Shown: positions 29,902 to 42,700 of the stretch, piece by piece
How the letters are laid out: each line of letters opens with the position of its first letter
Numbering within the stretch: the first letter of the stretch is position 1
Source of the DNA: Deltaproteobacteria bacterium TL4
GTDB lineage: Bacteria > SAR324 > NAC60-12
DNA length: 44,284 nucleotides
Assembly: GCA_051382335.1 (NCBI GenBank)
Contig: JBBCAX010000060.1
Coordinates: 1-44,284, forward strand
Direction: 5' to 3'
Notes under the pieces: model-generated
Seen by the model: the letters and a program-made list of their open reading frames with translations, nothing else
The model's database searches: none
What the model was told of the DNA's origin: nothing
Program-made: the position numbers and the translations under genes

Positions 29902-32900
29902 ATGAACTATACAAAAACAAGTGCAACGCAACTAATGAGTCTATTGGAAGAGCAAATTCTGGTATTGGATGGAGCAATGGGAACCATGATTCAATCTTAC
30001 CATTTGGAGGAGGTTGATTTTCGAGGGACTCATTTTCAAGAGCATAACCGTCCACTACAAGGGAACAATGATCTTTTATCCCTAACGAAACCTGAGGTTA
30101 TTGAGGAGATTCATTATCGTTTCTTAAAAGCCGGCGCCAACATTCTGGAGACAAATACCTTTGGCGCGAATCGCATTTCTCAAGCGGATTATCAGATGGA
30201 ACAGGCTGTACGCGAAATGAATCTCGCTTCCGTTCAAGCGGCTCAAAAGGCGATTGCCCGTTACCAACAGGAAAACCCGGATCATCCCTGCTTTATTTTT
30301 GGCTCTCTGGGACCTACCAATAAAACAGCCTCGATGTCTCAGAATGTTAGTAATCCTGCCCATCGTGATGTGACCTTCGATGATCTGGTCGCCATATATT
30401 ATGAACAAGCAAAAGCGTTGATAGAGGGAGGTGTTGATGTTTTACTGGCAGAAACCAGTTTTGACACCTTGAATGTAAAAGCCGCTTATTACGCGGTAGA
30501 GCAACTTTTTGAAGAAAAGCAGATACGGTTGCCGTTTTCCATTTCAGTCACGATTACCGACAAATCAGGTCGAACCCTTTCTGGACAAACGTTAGAGGCG
30601 TTTTATAACTCCGTGCGGCACACAAAACCCTTGTCTCTGGGAATTAACTGTGCCTTGGGAGCGAAGGAAATGCGTCCTTATGTTGAAGAACTGGCACGTC
30701 TCAGTGAATTCAATATCTGCGTTTTTCCGAATGCGGGACTTCCTAATGAGATGGGAGACTATGATCAAACTCCAGAGGAATTCTCCGAGTTGCTTTCTGA
30801 GTTTGCCGCAAAAGGCTGGGTGAATATTGTGGGAGGATGTTGCGGAACCAGACCAACCCATATAGCACAATTGGCCCAACAGGTCTCCAAATATTCACCA
30901 CGAACCAAACCCTCCCTTGACGCGATTTCGCGCCTCTCAGGTCAAGAAGCGTTAAATGTGACCGCGGATAAAGGGTTTTTGATGATTGGTGAACGTACTA
31001 ATATTTCCGGTTCCTTGAAATTTAAAAAGTTAATCCTGAATGGCGATTATGGCACAGCCGTGTCGATTGCGGAGCAGCAGGTTCAGGCGGGAGCCAACAT
31101 TCTTGACATCAATTTTGACGAAGCTCTTTTGGATGGAGAGCAGGCGATGACCCATTTTTTGAATTTAATTGCCGCAGAACCGGAAATCGCAAAAATTCCG
31201 ATCATGCTTGACAGCTCCAAATGGTCTGTGATTGAAGCGGGTTTGAAATGTCTTCAGGGAAAAGGCGTGGTGAATTCCATCAGTTTGAAGGAAGGCGAGG
31301 CTAAATTTTTGAGCCATGCTCGGAAGATCAAGAATTATGGTGCCGCAGTCGTGGTCATGGCTTTTGACGAACAAGGTCAGGCTTCAACGAAAGAAGAGAA
31401 AGTCCGTGTTTGTAAACGAGCCTACGATTTGCTCACTCAAAAACTTGATTTTGATCCTTGTGATATCATTTTCGATCCCAATATCCTGACGGTTGCGACA
31501 GGGATGGAGGAGCATAATGCTTATGCTTTAAATTACATCAACGCCATTTCAGCAATCAAAACGTGTTGCCCCGGTGCGAAAATCAGTGGGGGTCTGAGTA
31601 ATATTTCTTTTTCTTTTCGAGGAAACAACCCCATCCGTGAAGCGATGCATTCCGCGTTTTTATACCATGCGATTAAAGCCGGTTTGGATATGGCGATTGT
31701 GAACGCGGAAATGCTTACAGTGTATGAGGAAATTCCCAAAAACTTGCTGGAACTTGTGGAAGACGTCCTTCTCAATCGAAGAAATGACGCAACCGAGCGT
31801 CTGATTTCATTTGCTGAAAGCTATATTTCTGAAGGGAAAGTGGTCCAAAAACAGGATCTTCAATGGCGGAAGGCCAGCATCACCGAACGTCTGAAACATG
31901 CCTTGGTTAAAGGCATCACAGAATTTATCGAGGAAGATACGGAAGAAGCGAGACAGCAACTTCCCACAGCCTTGGATGTCATTGAAGGCCCCTTGATGGA
32001 GGGGATGAGTGTTGTTGGTGATTTGTTTGGTTCCGGAAAAATGTTTCTGCCTCAAGTCGTAAAGAGTGCCAGGGTCATGAAGCAATCCGTAGCGTATCTT
32101 CTGCCTCATATGCTGAAAGATCAGGAAAATCAGCAAGACTATAAAGGTAAAACAAAAATTGTGATGGCCACCGTTAAAGGCGATGTGCATGACATTGGCA
32201 AAAATATTGTCAGTGTGGTTTTATCCTGTAACAACTATGACATCATTGACTTGGGTGTGATGGTTCCCAGTGAAACCATTCTCGCAAAAGCCAAAGAGCA
32301 CCACGTACAGCTTATTGGACTGTCAGGACTCATTACTCCGTCATTGGATGAAATGGTGCATGTGGCGCAGGAAATGAAGCGAGAGGGGTTCAACATCCCT
32401 TTATTGATTGGAGGCGCGACAACCAGTTCCGCGCATACGGCGATCAAGATTGCTCCTCAATATGCTGAGCCTGTCGTCCATGTGCTTGATGCTTCCCGAG
32501 TCGTGGGGGTGGTTTCACAATTATTAAACCCTGAGACCAAAGCGGCATTCATTCAGGATAATTCAGACAACCAGCAACAAAAGCGGGAAGCCTACCTTCT
32601 AAAAGGACTCCGACAAAAATTGATCGCGTTATCTCAGGCCCGTAAAAACAAAGTCGCTATCGACTGGGAGCATTATGCTTGTGAGAAACCCTCCTTTATT
32701 GGCCTTCGGGTGTTTGAGTCGATTGATTTGAAACAATTGGAGCGCTATATCGATTGGACGCCTTTTTTCCAGGCCTGGGAGTTAAAAGGCAAGTACCCTC
32801 AAATTTTGCAAGACCCCAAGCAAGGAACAGCCGCGCAAAAATTGTTTGATGAGGCAAAACAGCAATTAACTGAAATCATTACTCAGAAAAAATTTCAGGC

Positions 32901-33588
32901 AAGAGCGGTGATCGGTTTATTCCCCGCGAATAGTCAGGGTGATGATATTGTGCTTTATCGTGATGAAGCCCGAACGGACGTATTAGCGGTATTCCATACC
33001 TTACGTCAGCAAATGGAGAAGCCTGATAAACCTAATTATGCGCTTTCTGATTTCGTGGCCCCCCGAGACTCAGGCAAAATGGATTATATGGGAGGCTTTG
33101 TCACAACAACGGGACATGGTGTTGCCGAACTGGCTAAAGCTTATGAACAAAAAAATGATGATTACAATGCGATTTTAGTCAAAGCCTTGGGAGACCGACT
33201 CGCTGAAGCGCTGGCTGAGTACATGCATGAATGGGTACGTAAAGAATGGGGTTATGGAGCCGGCGAGCATTTATCCAGCCTCGATTTAATTCAGGAAAAA
33301 TATCAGGGAATCCGTCCCGCTCCAGGGTATCCCGCTTTTCCAGACCACACAGAAAAGCAAACCCTGTTTGATTTGTTGAATGCTGAAAAACATACAGGGG
33401 TTTCCCTGACCGAAAATTTTGCCATGCTGCCAGCCAGCTCTGTTAGCGGTTTATATTTTTCTCACCCCCAGTCAACCTATTTTGCGGTAGGAAAGATCGA
33501 TAAAGATCAAATTGAAGATTACGCGAAACGCAAAAACATGGAAATCCCTACGCTTGAAAAATGGTTGTCTCCTTATTTGGCGTACTGA
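29902..33588 (+). CDS. metH: Cobalamin-dependent methionine synthase
   Basis: [57 protein letters not shown]. The start could alternatively be 29824. Confidence 0.98.
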   Translation: MNYTKTSATQLMSLLEEQILVLDGAMGTMIQSYHLEEVDFRGTHFQEHNRPLQGNNDLLSLTKPEVIEEIHYRFLKAGANILETNTFGANRISQADYQMEQAVREMNLASVQAAQKAIARYQQENPDHPCFIFGSLGPTNKTASMSQNVSNPAHRDVTFDDLVAIYYEQAKALIEGGVDVLLAETSFDTLNVKAAYYAVEQLFEEKQIRLPFSISVTITDKSGRTLSGQTLEAFYNSVRHTKPLSLGINCALGAKEMRPYVEELARLSEFNICVFPNAGLPNEMGDYDQTPEEFSELLSEFAAKGWVNIVGGCCGTRPTHIAQLAQQVSKYSPRTKPSLDAISRLSGQEALNVTADKGFLMIGERTNISGSLKFKKLILNGDYGTAVSIAEQQVQAGANILDINFDEALLDGEQAMTHFLNLIAAEPEIAKIPIMLDSSKWSVIEAGLKCLQGKGVVNSISLKEGEAKFLSHARKIKNYGAAVVVMAFDEQGQASTKEEKVRVCKRAYDLLTQKLDFDPCDIIFDPNILTVATGMEEHNAYALNYINAISAIKTCCPGAKISGGLSNISFSFRGNNPIREAMHSAFLYHAIKAGLDMAIVNAEMLTVYEEIPKNLLELVEDVLLNRRNDATERLISFAESYISEGKVVQKQDLQWRKASITERLKHALVKGITEFIEEDTEEARQQLPTALDVIEGPLMEGMSVVGDLFGSGKMFLPQVVKSARVMKQSVAYLLPHMLKDQENQQDYKGKTKIVMATVKGDVHDIGKNIVSVVLSCNNYDIIDLGVMVPSETILAKAKEHHVQLIGLSGLITPSLDEMVHVAQEMKREGFNIPLLIGGATTSSAHTAIKIAPQYAEPVVHVLDASRVVGVVSQLLNPETKAAFIQDNSDNQQQKREAYLLKGLRQKLIALSQARKNKVAIDWEHYACEKPSFIGLRVFESIDLKQLERYIDWTPFFQAWELKGKYPQILQDPKQGTAAQKLFDEAKQQLTEIITQKKFQARAVIGLFPANSQGDDIVLYRDEARTDVLAVFHTLRQQMEKPDKPNYALSDFVAPRDSGKMDYMGGFVTTTGHGVAELAKAYEQKNDDYNAILVKALGDRLAEALAEYMHEWVRKEWGYGAGEHLSSLDLIQEKYQGIRPAPGYPAFPDHTEKQTLFDLLNAEKHTGVSLTENFAMLPASSVSGLYFSHPQSTYFAVGKIDKDQIEDYAKRKNMEIPTLEKWLSPYLAY

Positions 33589-33613
33589 TGTTTTTGAGCT
33601 GAGGGAACGGGGT

Positions 33614-33639
33614 TGGGACTTCGTTGAGGCGGAGTCCCA
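33614..33639. terminator. Hairpin between convergent metH and OMP genes
   Basis: TGGGACTTCG-loop-CGGAGTCCCA; no clear U-tract. Confidence 0.4.
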
Positions 33640-33687
33640 CCTCTCCTGCGGCTAAGTGCGAATTGTTGAGCCGCCCTTGAGGCCTTT

Positions 33688-34947
33688 CTATAACGAGCCC
33701 CAAGGGTAATTTACAATGATTGTGGTTGCGCCCCCTTCGTCTCCTGTTGCATAATCAAGACGATAAACTAAACCGGAACCCGTCAACATCCGAAATCCAA
33801 TGCCGGCAGACGAACGATTTTCATGACCTAACTCATTTTTTGTATCCGCGAGGGTCCCCGTCTCATAAAAAAGAGCAATCTGCACACTGGTTCGAATATC
33901 TTTCATGAAAAAGAGATCAAACGGCTGCGGATCATCCATGAAATTATAGCGAAATTCTGTCCCATAAAATACCAGATGAGCCCCTCTAAAACGTCCTTCA
34001 GGATACGAGCGAAGATGACTTCTTCCCCCAAAAGAACCCGCAGTCCCGTATTTATTGGCAGCAATGGTATTGTTTAAAGTTTCATCTCTAACCTTTTCAC
34101 ATTGCGCTAACGATGCCGCATCGGTCATGCCCTCACAACTGAGCCCTAACAACACAGCCAGTTTATCCCTATCCGTCTCACCCTCTTTGGTCACGACAGC
34201 ATCTGCGCTATAATAGTTAAAAACCCAGGTGTGAATGTCAATTGGAAGGTAGACGGTCACATTGATTTCCTCGACATAATAATCGGGACTATTTTCATCT
34301 TCCTCTTCACTTTTTGAATCAAATTGGTTGAGCTCTACCCGTAATCCAACCCTGGGATCCTGGCGATCATCAGTCAGGTCCAACATCACGCCTCCGGACA
34401 TTGTCGTACTTTTTTGAGGTTCGGCCTCCGTAATTTCCAAGAGAATATCTCCATTTTGATCACGGATACGGTCCAGTTGATACTGATTGTTGTAGAAAAA
34501 TGCAATCAGATCAAAGCGTCGCTCAAAAAACGTGAGTGCCAGTCGGACCGCTTCAAAGTTCGTATTGCTAATTTCAGCAACGCTATAATCATCCTTTTCC
34601 GTGTCCATTCCACGTTTGCTATAAAAATTCACCGAGGCCTTATCGATGTTTTCCTTGGTTAAATCTAAAATCAACATCTCAGTAAATAGAGGAATTTCAG
34701 CAATTCCAAACCCTCGACCTTCAACATCGCCTGTCAGCAAAAGTCCATAAACATCGGTGATGCTGCCGGCGACATTGGTGGCTGTCCCTATAAAAGCGAT
34801 ACCACTTCCCAGACCCGGCAAACTATAAGGGGCAGGAAAGACAAAATATCCGGGTTCCCTTAGAAATTGATCCTTCCGCCTTTCAATGGCAAAGGCAGTA
34901 GTTGAGACCATATAAATCAGAATGAATGCAACTATAGATTTAACCAT
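33688..34947 (-). CDS. Outer-membrane beta-barrel protein (Omp85/surface-antigen-like)
   Basis: Signal peptide; DLTDDRQDPRVG, GG..HLRSY..GRFRG, SAGIGFR, RLDYA. Confidence 0.7.
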   Translation of the reverse strand: MVKSIVAFILIYMVSTTAFAIERRKDQFLREPGYFVFPAPYSLPGLGSGIAFIGTATNVAGSITDVYGLLLTGDVEGRGFGIAEIPLFTEMLILDLTKENIDKASVNFYSKRGMDTEKDDYSVAEISNTNFEAVRLALTFFERRFDLIAFFYNNQYQLDRIRDQNGDILLEITEAEPQKSTTMSGGVMLDLTDDRQDPRVGLRVELNQFDSKSEEEDENSPDYYVEEINVTVYLPIDIHTWVFNYYSADAVVTKEGETDRDKLAVLLGLSCEGMTDAASLAQCEKVRDETLNNTIAANKYGTAGSFGGRSHLRSYPEGRFRGAHLVFYGTEFRYNFMDDPQPFDLFFMKDIRTSVQIALFYETGTLADTKNELGHENRSSAGIGFRMLTGSGLVYRLDYATGDEGGATTIIVNYPWGSL

Positions 34948-34985
34948 TTGTACCTCTTGAACAGCTAACGTATGATGTTCTTTAT

Positions 34986-35136
34986 GGCCTCCGGTCTAAG
35001 CGGGACAATTATAGGGTAGGGTGTGTTAGCGAAGAATGAGCGTAACGCACCAAACAGAGGTCATATTTTCTGATGCGTTACGCCTTGCGGCTAACGACAT
35101 CCTACCCTATAATTGTCCCACTTTAGACCGGAGGCC
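34986..35136. mobile_element. 151-bp MITE: ~30-bp TIRs enclosing an inverted GTAG-type REP doublet, with 8-bp TSD TTCTTTAT
   Basis: Left end GGCCTCCGGTCTAAGCGGGACAATTATAGGGTAGG; right end CCTACCCTATAATTGTCCCACTTTAGACCGGAGGCC. TTCTTTAT at 34978-34985 and 35137-35144. Confidence 0.88.
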
Positions 35137-35281
35137 TTCTTTATGAAATACCACCTACTGCTCATAACATAAAAATATGGAAAAAGCATCCTCTAGTTGG
35201 AATCTTCTCCGTTGATGGGAACAGTAAATGTGCTTTTCAAACAAAGCGAATGCACAATTCACATCATATCAGATTTTTCAT

Positions 35282-35384
35282 TATAGTTGTCCAGATAAAT
35301 TCCTGCTGGGAGCGCAGGCGTCCCGCCTGCTTTTGCGGGCAAGATGCCCGCGTTCCCAGGACAAAACTTTTCTGGAGAAGTATA
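35282..35384. repeat. Family-A MITE/REP-like element, copy 3
   Basis: TATAGTTGTCCAGATAAATTCCTGCTGGGAGCGCAGGCGTCCCGCC...GCGGGCAAGATGCCCGCGTTCCCAGGACAAAACTTTTCTGGAGAAGTATA. Confidence 0.8.
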
Positions 35385-35399
35385 CATCAAAGGACACAA

Positions 35400-36218
35400 A
35401 TGCCTGAACTTCCAGAAGTAGAAACTGTTCGGAAAGGACTCGAACAACAGATCCTGGGGCAAACCATTACTCAGGTTGAAATCTTTCGGGAAAGACTCAT
35501 TGCGCCTTCAACACCTGAGGCGTTTAATCAAAGTTTGAGGGGTAAAACAATAGTTGATATCCGCAGACGCGCAAAATATTTGATTTTTCACTTAACCCCG
35601 GAATCCTACCTGATCGTCCACCTTCGAATGACGGGGAAATTCATTGTAACCCCAGCGACTCAAACCAGGCAACCGCATGACCGGTTATGGTTTCATTTAG
35701 AAAATCAGCAGTTATTGATTTTTTCTGATATCCGGTGTTTTGGAACATTGCAGGTATTTTCCAAATTAGAACAGTGGGAGAAACACACTCAACTTGGAGA
35801 GGAGCCTTTATCTCAAAATTTTAACTCCGCTTATTTGAAGAATTGTTGCCTCAACAGCAAACGCCCTATCAAAGATTTGCTGCTTGACCAAAATAAAATT
35901 GCGGGAATTGGTAATATTTATGCGTCCGAAATTTTGTTTGACGCTCAAATTGATCCGCGCTGTCCCGCGAATCAACTTTCCGCGCCACAATGCAAACGCA
36001 TAGTGAAAGCGACACAAAAAATTCTAAAAGAAGCCATTCTCAAGAATGGAACCTCCATTTCTGATTTTCGCAGTGTCGAGAATAAAACAGGTGAATTTCA
36101 AGCCTTTCTCAAAGTCTACGGCAAGACAGAACAACCCTGCGTGCGGTGTCAAACGCCTATTCAAAAAATAACACAACAGCAACGAAGCAGTTTTTTCTGC
36201 CCCTCTTGTCAGCATTAA
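35400..36218 (+). CDS. mutM: Formamidopyrimidine-DNA glycosylase
   Basis: MPELPEVE start, HLRMTG, LLDQ..IAGIGNIYASEILF, C-terminal CxxC..CxxC zinc finger. Confidence 0.97.
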   Translation: MPELPEVETVRKGLEQQILGQTITQVEIFRERLIAPSTPEAFNQSLRGKTIVDIRRRAKYLIFHLTPESYLIVHLRMTGKFIVTPATQTRQPHDRLWFHLENQQLLIFSDIRCFGTLQVFSKLEQWEKHTQLGEEPLSQNFNSAYLKNCCLNSKRPIKDLLLDQNKIAGIGNIYASEILFDAQIDPRCPANQLSAPQCKRIVKATQKILKEAILKNGTSISDFRSVENKTGEFQAFLKVYGKTEQPCVRCQTPIQKITQQQRSSFFCPSCQH

Positions 36219-36556
36219 ACATCTTTCCTAAATAAACCCTGAAATCATGCGACATAGCGAAGATTTACCAATCCAACAATGATGTTCCAAATTTCCCCAT
36301 AATAAGCGAACAGGTCTTAAAAAAAGACGCAAGGAAGAAAAAGAAAAACCGTTTGGAGGCTCAGCAAGGGACAGCGTCCAAAAACCAACTGTTCCGAAAA
36401 ATTAAAATTTGAAGAAGGTCTTTATCGTTTGACATAGCGTTTTTGTAATGCTACCTAAAAATTTAACAGGGGGCGCGTCCAACCGATGGGGGAGTGTCTT
36501 GAGAACCTAAGGGGGTTTCCTGATTTTGCCTATAGAGTTTGGGAAATTAAACGAAA

Positions 36557-36638
36557 TATAGATGTCCAGAAAAGTTTTGTTTCGGGGGGAGGGCAAGATG
36601 CCCTCGCTCCCAGGACAAAACTTTCCTTGAGCACTATA
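36557..36638. repeat. Family-A MITE/REP-like element, copy 4 (internally deleted)
   Basis: TATAGATGTCCAGAAAAGTTTTGT...GAGGGCAAGATGCCCTCGCTCCCAGGACAAAACTTTCCTTGAGCACTATA. Confidence 0.8.
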
Positions 36639-36651
36639 CTTATTTTCTCAT

Positions 36652-36740
36652 TTTAACGCAAAGGCGCTAGGACGCGAGGGACGCAAAGGGTTTAAAAATA
36701 TTTCTTTGCGTTCTTTGCGTCTTTGCGACTTTGCGTTAAA
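36652..36740. repeat. Long imperfect palindrome of short-period ACGCAAAG / CTTTGCGT units
   Basis: TTTAACGCAAAG...GACGCAAAG, AT-rich loop, CTTTGCGTTCTTTGCGTCTTTGCGACTTTGCGTTAAA. Confidence 0.75.
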
Positions 36741-36767
36741 GATAAACTGTCCACTGGAAAATGAAAG

Positions 36768-39700
36768 GTGCCCATTATTCGTAATCTTCTCACCAGTAAC
36801 GAGTATGAAGTCTTATTTTCTTCCTTAACTTTCAACGACAATACCCTTCAAATCGCTCAACCGGCGAAATTAACCGATCGCGGCATTTCCTCGACCGTTT
36901 CAGGCACAACAGACCAGGGAGCTTCTTTTCTTACCTTAACGGATAACTATTTAATCCTGAATACCGGAGAATTATTTAAAGCCTTCCAACAAGTAACGAA
37001 AACCACCCCAGTCCTGCAAAACAGCTTTCCTTACCTGATCACAGTGTCTTCTTTCAATAGGACATTTACTTGGAGTAGCCAAACTGTCAGCCAAATCAAG
37101 GCGGGGGTTTTCATCGCGCCTAATAATGTATTTCCTGTGGGCGCGCAAGAACAGTTAACCGCGGCCTTGACTGGCATACCGATTGTTCAGGGAGAGCAAT
37201 ATTCAACGATCCAGGGAATAGCCTCGTATCACAACCAAACTGAAGCATCAGGAATACAGGTAACCTTATTACGTGTTTTGGAGGGTCTGGGAACCGTGGT
37301 CCAAAAAGTAGTCACTCCGGCATCGGGCGCTTATGTATTCAGTAAAGTTGAACTTGGAAACTACACTGTCTTGGCAACACAGCCGGACAGCCTTGAAAAA
37401 GCCATCGCACGGGACGTTTCCGTTCAACGAGCGACAGTGATTGATTTGGGCGAACTCAAACTGACGCCAACCGGGTCGATTTCAGGAACGGTACTTTTGG
37501 AGAGTGCGGCAAATCACGAAGGGACGTTAATCTATCTGTTAGGAACCGCATGGAGCGCTTACTCCGATGAACAGGGAGGCTTTACTTTTCAGGGAGTTCC
37601 TGTCGGAACGTACTCTCTCAAAATCACCCATCCTCAATATGCTTCCACAACACCGCAAGCGATTGAGGTCATTCAATTTCAAGAGGTAGCCATCTCAGCG
37701 GTCACATTACCCCGTTCGTCAGCGCAAGAGACTCAGGGAACCGACCCTGCTGTTTGTCAAGGAGGATTGAAAGCTGATATCAGCAATCCTGAAGAATCCG
37801 CGACGGGACGGTTATTGCGACAAGCCCGCTCCTGGTGGACTTATGGCCGTGCCAGTGTGAAAACATGCCGTGGCTGTATCGCCAAACTCTGGCCAGAGAA
37901 CAGCGCCACCGTTGACGCTCCGCCGCCAGCACCCTTGCCTGTTACTGACTTGGGGAGCTTTGAAGCGCCGAAGTTACCACCGAACATTTACCGTTTGGAG
38001 ATTGTTTCCGAAGATGGCAAAGGACTCACCAAAGAAGGCGTTGTCGTGAAATGCGGGCAAACCACCAACGCGGGCTCCTTTGAACTTGCCGCCATGGGAA
38101 GTATTTCAGGGCAAGTCACGCTTGCGGATAACCCTGATGCCACGGATATCCAAATCACTATTCCCGGTACCTCCTATAGCGCAACCACCGACGCGGACGG
38201 AAAGTGGAAAATGACCTTGGTTCCTGAAGGCAACTACAGATTACGTTACGCCAAAGCAGGGTATGTCAAATATTCCGCACAGGTTCAACTCAGCGCGTCA
38301 CAGGATCGCTCAACCTCTCCGGTTGTTTTGACTACGGCTTTTGGGACCATCACAGGCACCGTTCAATTGGAAGGTTTGGAGAATCAGTCCTCAACCCTGA
38401 TTGCGCTCGGAAGCACAGGCGATGTTGTGCTTGCTGATGCGGAAGGCAAGTTTCGTTTCAGCCAGGTTCCTGAAGGCAACTACACGTTATTTTTCTATAG
38501 CCCTGGATTTAAAGCCGACAAAGCGGAAGATGTGACCGTTACCGCAGGTAACAAAATCGCGTTGGAATCCCTTACTCTTTTGGAAAACCGAATCACAGGA
38601 AACATGGTGGGAACCTTACGCTTGGAAAATGACGCAAACCCTGCCGGAACAACGATATTGGTTTTGGAAACAGGACAAACCACTGTAGTCAATTCACAGG
38701 GTGGGTTCTTGTTGTCTGAAATGTACTCCGGCTCTTATAGTTTAGAAATCACCAAAGAAAATTTTGAGGTAATTCAGCGCCGAGGTTTGTCCATCATTAC
38801 CGGAGTCACCACCAAACTCACCTCCCCCATCACACTGCCTCAAGCGAGAGGAACCCTTCAAGGAATTACGAGATTGGAAGGGAGCACGGACCATAGCGGC
38901 ATTACAGTCCAACTGCAAAACACCCCATATCAAACCACAACCACCGTTGACGGCAGTTACTCTTTTGTGAATGTACCGGTGGGAGCTTATAATATGAATT
39001 TTTCTAAATCAGCATACCTCAATGGAACTCAAGATAATAACAAAGTGACTCAGGACACGATCACGAAGGTTCCTGATACAACCTTAAAGGTGGAACCCGC
39101 GAAGCTTTCCGGTTTTGTCACTCTCGCGAGTGCCGCCAGTCATGAAGGCATTAGCATCACCCTTCGTTCAGGCGATTTTTCGGATACTGTGTCGACGGAT
39201 GCGCAAGGCGCGTTTACCCTGGGTGTTCCTCCTGGAACCTATACGTTGATTGCAACCTATGGGGATTTATATCTCCCCCAAACCGTCGATTTATCCTTCC
39301 AAGCCGCGGAAGTTAAAACCTTGACGACTCCTCTCATGTTACAAAGAAAAACAGGAAGTCTGAGGGGAACTGTTTTGCTGAAAGGACAAAGTACTCACGC
39401 GGGAATAACGGTCAATATCTCTGGAAATTCCACCCTCTCCGCGACAACAGACGCTGCCGGTAATTTCACACTCACCAATTTACCGACAGGTGATTACAAC
39501 CTGAGTTATTCCATTGCCAAATATCAACAGGGATCCGCAGAAAATCAAAAAGTAGCTTACAATTCCCAAACGGCTGTACCTGCGGTGGTATTCTTCAGTG
39601 ACGATTCTTCTCCGACCTCCGCGTCTATTTTGATCGAAGGCGTTTCCGGAACCGCAACCAGCGGCTTCAGTCAGACCCTTATTCCGGCTGAGGATGGAAG

Positions 39701-42700
39701 CTGGAGCTTTGACTCCCTGCCTCTGGGCGAATATACACTAACGCAGACACATGGTTCGGATTCGACTTGGGAATCAGTCGTCAGCGGAGTAAGTATTGTG
39801 ACTGGGGATGAACAAACCTCTCTACCAGTCGCCTTGCGCAAAGTCTTTGTTTCCATTGATAATGGAGCGGTCTACACAACCTCCGCCAATGTGACGCTGT
39901 CTCTGGGGGGTACCAGAGCCTCTGAAATGAGGATTGGTAACACCTTGGGCGGCGGAAGCTGGGAAACGTTTGCCTCCAGCAAAGCCTGGACCCTGCCCCA
40001 ACAGGGTAACAACACCGTGTATGTCACTTTTCGGGATGCTCAAGCGGTCGAAATCCCAACGGTTTCTGATTCCATCCTGCTGGATTCGGTGGCGACTATC
40101 AGTGTTGTGACTGAAAATACCTCAGGGGCTACCAAACAACGTGGAGATACCCTCCGTTTCACTCTCAGCGCAGGAGAAACGGGTGGAACCGCCACAGTTG
40201 ATATTGAGGGTTACAAAACCGGACTTTCCCTGCACGATGATGGACTCCGGGGTGATGCCACCGCTGGGGACGGAATCTACACCTCCGATTATCTGCTGGT
40301 ATCTGGAACCGATACCGCGACAGCTTCGGTCACAGGCCATTTCACAGATCGCTATGGAAACGTGGCCAGTACTGTAGATGCCGTGGGAACCATCACCATC
40401 GGCACTCCGCCCCAGCTCATGCAGATTCAGGTGGTCCCTTCCACTGACGCGCAGTCGGCGATCATCCGCTGGCTGACTGATGAGGCTACCAACACGGTGT
40501 TGGAATACGGCACGACGGACAGTTATGGTTCCACAGAAAACACTGCGGAATCAGTGACCAGTCATGAAGTCACTCTGAACGGACTCAGTCGTGGCACGAC
40601 CTATCATTATCAGGTGCAAGCCACCGACACTTCGAACAACCAGACGGTTTCCTCCGATCACACCTTCCGAGTGGCTCCCGCTCTAACAGTGGGAGTGAAT
40701 GCCTTTGCCGGAGACAGTCAGGCGGTGCTGGTCTGGTCTCCTAACACTGAGGAAAATCTGGTAGGCTATCATGTGTACCGTTCCACCACTTCCGGCAGTG
40801 GTTTTGTGAAAATTACGTCCAACCTGGTCACTACCATCATCTATACGGATAGTGGTCTGAGCAACGGAGTGACCTATTATTATCAGGTGAGCGCTATTGA
40901 TTCTTATTCCATTGAGAGTGCCTTGTCTGGCGAAACCTCTGTCACACCAGGTTCGATAACCGCAGAACAGAATGTATCAGGAGTGATTGACACCAATACG
41001 GTCTGGGCCTCAGCCGGAAATCCGTGGAATGTCACCGGTGATCTTGTCATCACCAGTGGTTCCGCGTTGTTTATCCTGCCTGGTACCACGGTTGTCTTTC
41101 GGGGAGCATTCAAGATCAGAGTCGAAGGAGAACTACAGGTATTGGGCAGTTCCACCTCCGGAGTCACCCTCTCCGCGGCCAGTGGACAACAGTGGAAAGG
41201 CCTTGAGTGGATCAGCGGTTCTATCGGCAGCACCTTCAACAGCAGCGATGTCTATGTCTCTGGCTCCGCTCTGCGTTATGTCACGATTACCGGCGCTGGG
41301 GCTTTGAGTTCCCAATGGCTGCGTACCGAAAACGCCAGCTTGTATCTGGAAGGAGCGACTCTCGGGGGATGCTCTTCCTGTGTGACAATTGTACAGTCTG
41401 GAACACTCCAGCCAGTCGTATTCAAAAACGGATCGTGGAGCAACATCAGCGGGATAGCGGTCACCGGCTCCAAACTGGTCCTCGATGGTGTGAATTTTAA
41501 TACAGTCACCTTGGCACATTCCGGCGGAACACTGCCTGGAACGGTTAAAAACAGTCAGTTAACCAGCAGCACGATCACAACTTCCGGAACAGGATGGCGG
41601 TATCCTTCAGAATAATGTGGTCAGTGGTGGAAGCCTGACGCTCAGTTTCGCGGTTACCTCCCTGAACAATCTGTGGACCAATGGTTCACTGAGTCTGGCA
41701 GCCCATAGCGCCTCCACCTCTGATACATTCACTGGCACTTCTGTCACTTTAGGTGATGGGGGAATCATGGATGGTGGAACCTTCTCCAATGTCTCCCTGG
41801 CGGGAGGAGCAGGAAGAACCATTCAGAACTCTACCTTCAGCGGAGGCAGTATTTCTGGAAACACAGTTTGGTTGTTTAATATTACGCTGAATGGCACCTC
41901 TGTATCGGTAAGTCATATTTTGCTGCTAGACAGCACGGTGCAGGGCGGTGGAATCAGTACCAGCGGAATGGGACATATTGAAAACAACACAGTGACTAAT
42001 GCCAGCGTTTCGATAGGAGCTGGTGTGATCAAAAATAATACCGTAATTGGCGGCAGTTTGACGGTCAGTAACAGTTCAGTTGGATTTAACGCAGAGGTCT
42101 CAGGAAATACGGTTTCCGGGGCAACAAATACAGGAATTACGATCAATTCATCGAATATTTTTTTGGCTAAGAACCAGGTCAGTTCCAGTGATATCGGTAT
42201 CAAACTGAGCCAGAGTGCTCTTCAGAGTGTGCGATCCTATGGAAACGTATTGACCAATAATCGGATTGGCGTGCAGTGGTTGGCCGGGTGCAGTGGAGCT
42301 TGCAACATTACCGCCAGTCATTTTAAAATCACAGGCAGCACTCAGCAACCGTTCTATGGTCAGTATATCAGTGGCGGTTTAGTGGAACTTTCTTTGTTGA
42401 ACTCCTGGTGGGATAGTGTGGACTCTGTGGTGCTCAAGTTCCGCAACTTCGATCGCTTTGACAGTTCCACGGGTGCCAGCGAAAAAGTGGGACTGTATTT
42501 TTCACCGTGGGCTTCTGGACCCTTGGCTACGGCCGATGCTGATAACGACGGTATTGTGGATGCCTTTGATGGGGATGACGACAATGACGGTGTCTGCGAC
42601 CTGCAGGAAGCCCGAGCCAGTAGGCTGGATCTCAATCCTCCCCTCTTCTTCAATCCAATAGACGCTTCTTCCAAACCTTCTGGAACACCGGATTGTGACA

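Noticed and set aside
35250..35399. N-terminal extension of MutM
   Set aside because: It reads through a repeat element; MutM needs the N-terminal Pro of MPELPEVE at 35400.
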